From Auanema rhodensis (Eukaryota > Animalia > Nematoda), in NCBI GenBank assembly GCA_964057225.1, contig OZ059898.1, positions 9,238,001 to 9,302,000 on the forward strand: a DNA stretch of 64,000 bases. Reading direction: 5' to 3'. The notes under the pieces are model-generated. The model saw only the letters and a list, made by a program, of their open reading frames with translations, did not search any database and was not told the DNA's origin. The position numbers and the translations under genes were made by a program. Positions within the stretch are counted from its first letter, which is position 1; each line of letters begins with the position of its first letter. Of the stretch, positions 53,764 to 64,000 are shown piece after piece.

Positions 53764-54523
53764 TTTCTATTTTTTTTTTCTCGTTTTCTAGACAACTCTA
53801 AGAGAGAATGAGAAAGATTTTACAATAATCTCAGCTAAAATCAAAAGAGAAAAAACAAACTAAAAATAATAAAATACATAAAAACAATAAATTAAATAAA
53901 AAGTACTAATATTAAAATTTCTTTTTGTTAAAAACTTAAATACATATATAAGAAAATAGAAACAAGAGAATAACTATTTAGAAATATGAGAATCAGTATT
54001 TTCAGGTTTCATCAGCTAAATATTATTCTTTGATTCGTTGGATGTATATGTTTTGTGTTTGATTTATCATCGAATTATATCCATACATAATACTTTGTTC
54101 AGTAGAAGATTATAAATCTCTTTATCTTCTTTATTTTGAATCGATCTTTAAGAGCTTTCTACTTGAGATAATATAGAAATATATATTATTTCTATATAAT
54201 AAAGTGTAAATTTTGAAAAATTGAAACTTGGTTATAAGCTTTGGTATATATGAATAGATTGTTTATAAAAAGCTTACAATATCTTCAAGTTTAAATGATT
54301 TGTGATATAATACTTTTCTCACAAAATATTAAATTCATCCAAAATCTAGTGCCCATTGGATCAGCTCATGATAAACTTTGTGAATGATCTCAATTTTTTT
54401 TCATTTCAAATGAACAACTATTCTAATCTCCGGTATTAATTTGTCAATTTCCTCAAATAACAGCTCTGAACATCCATTGAATGTTTTAATTTGAATTTTG
54501 AAATGAAGCCTATGTAAACTAAC

Positions 54524-55241
54524 TGGTTCAAATCCCGTTCCGTGTTGTTCTTGAAGCATGCGAAGACGAAAGGAAGCATGTCCGTTTCGAAAAAAAGATA
54601 TAATTAAAAACAAATGTCAAATATGAAAATTCTTGCCTAAATCTACTTTTAGGTGCAGGAAGTACAGAAGGAGATGAGCTCATGTCTTCTTCTCCGGATA
54701 AAGCAACAATCTATAATTTTAAAATGAAATAAAAATAAAATATGATTACCTTTTTTAAAAAAAAAAGAAAAAGTTTCATTTGAGCATTATCAAAATATAG
54801 AAAATATAAGAATATGAATATGTATTATATGTACATATGTATATATCTATTAGAATATGAAATTGTGTCTGTTAGTATATTTTTCTTTAATTTCCTTTCC
54901 TCTATCTCTATCTACCTATGCATCTATCTCATATTCATACTCTATTATTGATGTATAGGAGTAAATTTCCTTTGTCTGTATTAATCCTTATAGAACGGAA
55001 AAAAGATAAGAAATATCAAATATTGAATACTACATAGTTAATAATAATTTATACCTTTTTTACTTTTCTTCCTGACGGAGGTTGCGATAGCACAATATTT
55101 CCACCTGAAAGACATTGCATCCAATTATCATACACGTTTAGAAATCTTCCCTTCTTCTGCTGTAACTGAGAGTTGACGTCCCTGAGTTGGTGGATGTTGT
55201 GGAGGATGAGCAACTGTAGGTGAACAAGGTGTTGAGGTCAT
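54524..55241 (-). CDS. mec-2: mec-2 most distal alternative 5' exon chain
   Basis: MTSTPCSPTVAHPPQHPP...|RGNIVLSQPPSGRKVKK|IVALSGEEDMSSSPSVLPAPKSRF|RNGHASFRLRMLQEQHGTGFEP, ending in phase 0 and compatible with exon 52508. One junction (54636-54588) is non-canonical. Confidence 0.6.
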
Positions 55242-56801
55242 GATTCTGAAAATTACAGAAGTCATCTTGATTATCTTATTAGTTCTAGTAATTTTATAAT
55301 AAACAATTAAAGAAATAAATAAAAATATTTGAATATTTATTATGTTCATATAAGAAATATCAGAAAAAATATAAACGTATATGTAAATCTACACATGTAT
55401 CCATGCTTTATGTTGTAACGAATTTTCTTAATCTATCATAGATTGCTTAGAGAATCCCATCATAATAATCAGGAAAATGTACTACATCGGATATCCTTTT
55501 TACATTGATTGACTTCCAAGGTTTAGTATTCAAATTATAAAAAGATGAAATAAATATAATACTTGATGATTATAATCAATGATAATAAAACATTTTAATT
55601 TGATATTTAAGCATTATGCCATTAACAATAGCTATTATCAACCTATCGATAAATGAGAAAGAATATATTTAAATAATCCTATTTTCTAGAAAAATTATTT
55701 AGTAAACTAGTTTACTAAATGTTAAATAAATTTTGTTAGTTTAATAGTAATATTTATTTAATTTGAATTATATTATATAAGTAATATCAAACTTTTTCAA
55801 GATTAATATGCATAATATATTTTAAAAATTATGATAGAAAGAAAAAAATATGAATTGAATATAGTACAAAGTAATCATTTTAGATGAAACTGAAGTTTAA
55901 TGTAACAAAATAGGTATTAAGGGTTATCAGTTATGTCTCCGAAGTCTTGAAGATTGCATATCTCTTCAAATAGAGTAGTTTTGCTGAAAAATGATCATAT
56001 TCTTTGTATATTTAATCTTTTAATCCTTCTGTTTTCTATCACAGACCTTTTTTTTATAGAACAATCTCATCTTTTCCGTCATAATTATTAATTCATCTAT
56101 AATCTTAATATCATGGAACCTTTAATTTGTAGTTTTTATGTTCTCAACTTTTTTTGTTATAGAAGATGTACTTTTATTTACTTGCTCGATCACTAAACTT
56201 ATGTTTTGAAATGAGTTACTCATGTATTTATCAAGATACATTGACGGGAAGGGTTTGAATTAATATGCTTTATCTAGATCTGCAAATATATATTATTAAA
56301 TATTATGTCCAAATCATGAATAATAACATATTGAAATGTTGAATTCTTTAACATTAACGGTTCATGTAGTATAGTCAATAAGATTTATATAAGCAGAATT
56401 TGACTAATAGATCTTTCTATTTTTCAAATTTTCTTATGATTTTTTAATCTAATGGGCTTGTTAAACATACATCTGAAAAAAACTAAAAGAAAAATTTAAT
56501 CATTACATTGGTTTAAAATATTTTTTGAATCCATTGCTTTATGAAAGAGCACTAACATTAAAAACTAAGATTTGTTAATTAACTACTGTATCTTGCTAGG
56601 TTTTTTTTCCTTTCCCTTCTTCTTAAATTTAGTAATCTTCAGTAAATTAATCTGTATTATTCTTTTTTTTTAAATTTTTGAATATAACTTCAATAAAAAT
56701 AGATACGCAATTGCACCATATTTAAAGTTTTTCTTATATTCGAACTAAATGTAATTTATTCTTCTGAATTTTTGCTTAATATTATCAGCTTTTATATTGA
56801 A

Positions 56802-57742
56802 ATGCCAGTTTTTGAAAGGAGGATTAGAGATTTTCTTGGCGATTTATGTTACGTTAAAGATGATGATAATGCAGGTAGTTTTAGTTTGAATTTGGTTTTA
56901 TTAAAACTATTATGTTGAAGTTGACAAAATTAACTTCCTGGGAGAATGTGCCATCAGATTTCTTCAAAAAAACTTATCAGATAACAAAATCATTCAATTA
57001 TCAGGCGAGGATAATACACATTTTAGGTATTCATAGTGACATTTCAGACAAAATTGGAGTAGACGTCAACGAACTCCGCACAAGCATCTTAGCAATTTTA
57101 CACATTTGCATGAATACCTTCGAACATAAAGAGAAGGTTTGAACTTTTGAAAAAAGAGCTAACAATTTGATTATATATAGGGATATTCAGCACTGAAAGA
57201 TATATTAACTATATGGACAGAAGATGAAGAGTTTCGAACAGCTATACTTCAAGTTTTTGATTCAATTTTGAGCATGCCAGAAAATCAGCAGTTATTAGAA
57301 AAATCCATTCAGTTGTCTACGAAAGGAACTTATCAATCTTCCAGTTTTAGAATGGATATAGATGTAAGTATTGTTTTTTCTATTAATAGGAAAACACTTA
57401 GTTAATTAACCTTTAGATTTATCACGTGTTCGGCAAATATTTAAGTCAAAACTTAATTTTTCAAATATAAAGTCATCCAATAAACTAATCCAAACGCTAC
57501 TTAGGAACTGTTTTCTTATGATTTTTTCTTAGTTTCAATTATATTTCTTATAAGAGATTTTCTAGATTTCTCAGAGAACGCTGAACGAAGTTAGCTCCCC
57601 TGCGTCTTTCCTTCTTCGTTTGCAAGTAAGCTCCGAAAATCAACAATATTTTCGATTTTCTTGCGATATGTTGGAAAAATTCTCAAAGGATCTCGATAGC
57701 GCTATTCAGGCTATGCACGGAGCGAAACGTGCTAAGGTTTAG
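56802..57742 (+). CDS. COMM-domain protein, COMMD2-like (~201 aa, 5 exons, one GC-AG intron)
   Basis: Exons 56802-56874, 56921-57004, 57048-57136, 57181-57363 and 57566-57742 give MPVFERRIRDFLGDL...FLGECAIRFLQKNLSDNKIIQLSDKIGVDVNELRTSILAILHI...YQSSSFRMDIDISQRTLNEVSSPASFLLRLQ...MLEKFSKDLDSAIQAMHGAKRAKV*. It aligns by eye with COMMD2 (FGRIAVEFL, YHNLEWRLDVQLASRSLRQ, LEQALEEMK). AATAAA at ~57758. Confidence 0.72.
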
Positions 57743-60105
57743 CGTAGTAAAACTGGGAATAAATTATTTTGTTTCATAAATTTTACATGAACGTTTGAGG
57801 TTTTTGAAGTTTTATTGCTATTAACCGTGCGTTATGTCCACCAAATTGCATGTGCTGAGAACTTCAAATAACAGTTCCCTTTCTATTTTATTTAAATATA
57901 GTATCATCGCCTAATTGTTCTTGTGTAGCAACATTAGAAGTCCCTTTTTTGTGTTCTTGGCTTATTCGTACTAATCCAATGACGTGATGTGCTATGGTGG
58001 CAATTAGGTAAAAGCTATTCCTACCAGACTACTCTCTACTTTGAAGTTTTCCATATTCCTTTCATACTTGTTCCTATGTTACATATTGACTGATCATATG
58101 TTTCTGTTAATTAAGCTTAATGATACAGTGTCTCTTGTCTATCAAATTAAGTGTGATAAAACTTAAGTCTAATTTTTTTCTAGGAAAATTATTATTGCAC
58201 AATGGTAATAAAAGTCATTAACAATTGACTCAGCGAAGAAGATTATTTTGAAAATGCATAACCTTTCACCTTCATTACTACCCTCTTTAGTTATATTTGT
58301 CTATATTATGCTGTTTTTCCTGTTTCTCTTTCTCTTTCTGTAACATCTCTATTCCTCTTTTGCCCTCTTTCCCTATATTCTACGACTTCGTTGTGGTTAC
58401 CCCTTCCGCACTTCCCCTGTATCCCTCTATGTGTCTCTCTTCTCTTTCTTCCCTTTTAATCTACTTATCTATCTATATCTTCTGCAATATCTAGTTAGCT
58501 AAAACATGAGAAGGCTGAGCCGTCTCCGCTGAGTAGCACAGGTCGTAAAAATAATTAGAGCTTATTTATCGATTGCCCATATACAGCTTCATGTGACCAG
58601 CATGCTATGCAAGTTGTGCCGGTTGAATGCCGATGCCAAAATTGCTGTTTTGAGAAGCAAATTAAGATCAAATGTAAAAGGATGCAAACAGAGTTTGCTT
58701 GAAATTAAAGTTTGCTCTGATATTTTCGAGTTATTTTCTTAATATATTAAATGACTTAAATTCATGGATTTCCATTTATTTTGCAAAATTTTCTTCAGTT
58801 GTTTAACCTTTTAATCATCTATGATTTTTTTTGTAACAATTCAAATAGCCCATTTTTCAGGTTATGTATTAATGTATAATTCGTTCTTTTCGTCATGAAT
58901 GAATATAAGGATCATAATGTATTGGCATATTACTCTTATAGTAGCAATACAATTCCTTGGAAGTCTAAAATGTTATCGAAATGAGCTTAAAAGAGAAAAA
59001 AAATTGAATGGGAAAGTGTGAAGTACAACCGTTTCTTACGTTTTTGGGTTACACAATGATTTTCAAAATGCAATTTTAGTAATTCATACGGTCAACGAAT
59101 CAAGCAATGTTCCTCCTATATGTTTGTTGTTGAGGTTAATGTAGTCTCATAGAACGCTCACCTTTTCTAAACTCCGCCTATGGAAATAAATTTAGTTTTC
59201 TGCTTGAATTACAGTACAGAGATTAATTCTCACAATTTTAAATAATTTATAATCCACATAGTATATCTTCGGCAAACTATGTGTTTCCTCAATATATATT
59301 CTTCAATACTTCAATAATTATCATTAAGAAAATATTTCTAACACGGTATTTCTTCAAAATAATTCGTATAATATTTCGTACTAAAGATTAATTTATTCTC
59401 TTGAAAAGGCTTGAATTACAGTTGTCATAAAATAAAATATACAAAATGAAATACATGTTCATAAGATTTTAATAAAATTGTTTCGTAATTTGACTAAAAA
59501 CATTTATTATGTATTTTTGAATATTTTTAGCTACGGTACGTTGTGCTATGAGAAGGCAAATTACAAATAAGAACCAGGAAGTCTAAGGAAGCAGAAAAAA
59601 CACCAATAGAAATAGGAAAAGAGATATCAAGGTGCGAAAAAAATGGGAATGCTTGCTTCAATTATATATGAAATGAGAACACAAAATGAAAAATTCGATT
59701 TTGTACGTATTTAAGCTATGTATGAAATAGTTTATGATAGGAAATATAACATGAAAATCAACAGAGATGTCCAAATAGAATCAGAGAAACGGACTCATTG
59801 CTACTATGTTGAAAAAAAGGAAAGAAACTAAGCGCAAGATACAAATATCATTTTTTCCATTTGTAAAAGGAATACCGCCTATCATTGTCCAAATCCTTTT
59901 CTCAACTTAAACGGCCTATTCGCTTCCTTGAACTTCTTCTTTTTGTTTCCAAAACTCAATTCTATGAGATGAAAACGAATGACGTGATGTGCATATTAGT
60001 CATCGTATCGAATACCCCAGCTCTGAGCGAGCACTACTACCAGCAGCACCACCGCCACTACCACCGCCAGCGTCTTAGATAGAAAAGCAAAAGCAGGCCC
60101 ACATG

Positions 60106-60114
60106 CACACACAA

Positions 60115-60145
<31 letters not shown>
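60106..60145. repeat. (CA)n microsatellite
   Basis: Direct reading. Confidence 0.9.
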
Positions 60146-62942
60146 TATGAGTCAAACTGCTTCATTCTCATTTGTTCGCCCCCTTCTCGTCTTTGCCGTT
60201 TCTTCCGTTTTCATTGATATTCCTGTTATGTATTTAATTTCGTTGATTTTTCTGTCGAGCTATTACATCGTTAAATCGCAGAGTTCGTATCTAAGCGAAT
60301 ATCTACTTAAATACGAATGTTTTATTATATGCTATAAAGTATTCTGTTCTCAGTTTTTCCTGAAAAAAAAAATAAAACATTACGATTATCAAAACTATTT
60401 TACAATTTCATTTATTTGAAATATGCTCAGATTGAAATATATAGTAAGATATTCCTCATTTGTTTGATCTTGAGATACGATTTAGACATTCATGTCTTGT
60501 TTTTTCAAAGTTTTCCAAATCACCTTCTTTCCATTGTATGTTGAAGAACTCTCATAGTCATTACCATTTGGCCTCTTAATTAAAGCTTCATATTAGAATT
60601 TTCAAAGAAAATTATTTGTTTTGTATACTACAGAATCAATGTTAACAAATATGATGATTTTAGTTTGAATGTAATTGCACAATTCTTAGATTTATTTCAA
60701 AAATGTTTTGTTATTTATTGAATATGCTTGAAGACTTGTTAGGGAAATAGCTGAGATGACTGATAGACCTAAAAGGTCAGATCACGAGCAACGAGCTAAG
60801 CCAGGAATCGTAGCTCATCGTAATCTTGACATAGAGAAATACACTTGTTATAGATAGTATTGCCATAAGAGAGACATTTTGAAAGATATAGTATCGATTC
60901 CAAATGGGCGTGGTTAAATGGCAATGGCTGGCTTCACCCAGCCGACCACGCCTCTGTCTCGGCGCAACACAGAAGTGGAACCACGACAACGACGACGATT
61001 GCGACAACGATGACAACCACAACGACATAGTCGAAACATATTGAGTTGTCTTTCCTTCTGTTCAGTAAGCAAGCAATCAGAATCCGCTGTCACTAGATGT
61101 TATATAAAGGAATCCTATTCTTAGATTATTTGTCGTATATAATATAATTTTATTTGTGGCGTGAAAATTTGTTATAACCAAAATTAAAAAAAAACGCCAT
61201 ATCGAACAAAAAACACTCGCCCCCCCCTCTCATTTTTTTTCACGTATTCATCTCGTGTTTATCAGAAAGAGAGTGAGATAGTTGGCAGAATATAAAAAAA
61301 TGGCTTGAAGAACGAGAGATATGAAGAGAGAAAAATTTTTGGAGGGAGAGGGGCAACAATCTCTATTTCTCTGCCTTTCCGTTTTTGCCTGCCTTCGTCT
61401 CCAAAGCTTCCGGTCCTGCTGACCAGATTGCTAAGGCCCCTCGGGTCTGAAACCCGTCTTTCTCAGTCTCGTCTCATGCTTCTCTTTCCTGTTCTTTTTC
61501 CTGTCTCTCTCTAACTCTCCCTCTCCCTGTTTCTACTCTTCAATATTTCTCGCTCCTTTTCTGTATATCTCTCCCCCCCTTTCCCTCACTCTCTATCTTT
61601 ATCGTCTTTTCGCCCTCGTCCCTCTCCGTCTCATCCCTGCTTTCTGTTTCTTTTGAAGACCCACTTACTCAGCTATACATTACTCTCTTTCTCCACTTCC
61701 TGCACTCGTTCTTGTTCTTATTACTTTCTCTTCGTGGTGCATGCATCCATCGGCAAGTTACAAAACCTCTTATGGAAATTAGGGATTTAAGATGAAAATC
61801 CAGCTCTTTTCCATTCGTGAATAACGGAAATAATTCCTTAAGAGACAGTTAAAACAAAAAAAAACAGACCCAACCGATAGCGCTTAGATGTATTCTTATA
61901 TACCTCTTTCCTTCTCTTTCTTATATTATGAATATTAATTGTTATCGCCTTTTTTGCTCTTTCTCAGAACTTTATTCTCCAGATGGTAAGTCTATTTTCA
62001 CTTCCAATAGAACTCACACCAAAATATCATTTCGTATTCAATCTCATGATTTATCACATAATGAAACATTCAAATTATTTTGTATTTAAGCTTGACCGAG
62101 ATGCATGTATCCTGCATTTAGCGAACAACAAACACAGTTACTTACCTATTTTTCTTTCTTCCCAAACGCTTTCTCCTCATTTTGCTCTTTATACCTTTCT
62201 TGTTCTCCTACTCTTCCTATGCCTCTATTTCAACCCATTTTCGTTCTCTAGTTCTCTTAGTTTGCTTGTTTCCGCCTGATTTCTTTTCCATTTTCTGATG
62301 CTGCTAGCCATTTAAAATTCTTTCGAGATCTATGGAAACGGGGGACCTTCGTGTCGTCTTCCGCTTCACAAAAGCATGCCGTTCAAATAATCGAACCTTT
62401 ATAACTTTATTCCTTTTACTATATGTATATACTTTTTCCATATTGGTGATTAAACATATGAAAATCATTACTGTAATCGTTTTCTCTTATTCATTTCTAC
62501 GTGCAACTGTCTTGTCATTTCAGCATACTCTTTGTAAATCCTCATTCATTTATTCTTCAGCTCTTGATTTTCTCTTGAAAAATAATGCCATTTCTATTGC
62601 GTATCCGATTTCCGAAAGACGACGTTTTGAGCATTCAGAGTTGTGAGCTCAAGCTGTCAGATCTGTGCACCCTCGCATTTTTCTCCCCTTTCTGCTATCT
62701 TTCCATGTTCATTGGATGGCTAGACGAAAAGACAAGCCAATCGAACATCTATCATGCCAATCCTAGCATCACGTTCATAGCCATCGTCAGATTCTAAATC
62801 TTATAATTAATTCATTATTCTTCGTACGGTGGAATCTAGTGGATGCTGCAGTTCCGGAATCTTTATGATGGCTTTTTTCAGGCTGCATAAGCAACTGCGG
62901 GGGCTCTAGCCGTAGGAGCTTAGCCTCGTACGGAGAAGCTCG

Positions 62943-63051
62943 ATGTTCCGTGTGCATCAGAAGACAGTTTTCTTCAATGTGGCATCTCGTCGACGGCAGA
63001 TCCCTCACATCCGAGGCTCTCGCAAAGGCTGCCGTAATTGTTGCTGTCGAG
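62943..63051 (+). CDS. Candidate first coding exon of a gene extending beyond the window
   Basis: GC-rich island after a TTTTTTCAG acceptor (~62881); MFRVHQKTVFFNVASRRRQIPHIRGSRKGCRNCCCR then G|gtatt. Another candidate micro first exon CAGATG|gtaagt lies at 61983. No homology recognised. Confidence 0.25.
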
Positions 63052-64000
63052 GTATTATTTTGGAGTTGGAAATTTCTAGGAATTGCTGAAAGTTGAAAAA
63101 AATGAACAAATACATAATTTTGAAAGCGAATGAGTAATTTCAATTTAACTTTTAATGTTTCAAATTATAAAATAAAATTCAAGCTTTATGATAATTTGTA
63201 TAGCAACCTTGCGCAGTAAAACTTAACTTTTAAGATTATTCTGAAGCAAACCACAAAAACTTAGTACAAAATAATATAATATTATAGTTTAATTTTCAGA
63301 TTTTGCTACTCGGAACTTCTCTTCTCAATATATGCGTAATATCAACAACTTCGGAGCTATACGATGTCATAGGCTGTTATTTGGTAATTAAATGTTTGTT
63401 TAATGTACAAAAATACTGCGAAATTAGTAAGAACAAGACTAAGGGTAATCTCTCTTTTTTTTTTCGAAAAATTCTTAAAAACAATCGTTGATGCTACTTG
63501 ATAATTAGAAATGGCTTTCTAATTTGTCTAATTGATTCGAGTAATGCGGTTTTCTTTTTATCTATTTCCCTTGAGAAAAGTGAATTTTATGCTTCTAAAA
63601 CATAAATTTTTTTCATCCATGGAAAGCGATATTGGAGAAATATAAATAACCTGAAGCTGAAAAAAGCTTTTTTTTATAAGAAAAAAAGAAAAGAATGAAC
63701 AAGGGAATTTGATCATCCAATATCTTTGAAATGTTTTTCATTGATGAAATATGTTATTTGTGTTGTCAACAGCATATTAGTATTTTATTCTTATATAAGG
63801 TTTTTATATGTCATAAAGTTGTAACGGTCAGTAAAGAGATCAAAAAAAAGTGTCAAAGTGAGGAAACATAAAGAGTGAATAAATGAAATGAAGAGAGATA
63901 AACGAAGAGAGGTAGGTAATTTAAGAGTTGAACTGCTCCAAAATGTTTAAGTGGGAAAAACTTAATGATCTCTATGGTGACGAGACAAACGAAATAAGAT

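Overview
AT-rich, intron-dense eukaryotic DNA from a rhabditine (clade V) nematode that is not C. elegans (inferred from protein similarity and 40-50 nt introns). I reconstructed eight spliced genes by hand: (1) the 3' part of a patched-related gene (+, to 1557); (2) a complete Notch receptor of the lin-12/glp-1 family with 20 EGF repeats, 3 LNR, TM, RAM, ANK and PEST (-, 11698-2272); (3) a calponin-like (CLIK) repeat protein with a poly-Glu tail (+); (4) rpl-35 (-); (5) unc-18 (-), head-to-head with (6) gamma-syntrophin stn-2 (+); (7) a divergent 7TM chemoreceptor (-); and (8) a ~25 kb mec-2 stomatin locus (-) with at least seven phase-compatible alternative N-termini and three to four alternative C-termini, including a 2.66 kb exon. 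A ninth gene that the ORF track largely misses, a COMMD2-like gene that needs a GC-AG intron, lies at 56802-57742. The last ~6 kb looks like the regulatory or 5' region of a gene that runs out of the window. I saw no tRNA, rRNA, CRISPR array or intact transposon. All gene models are manual reconstructions without transcript evidence.
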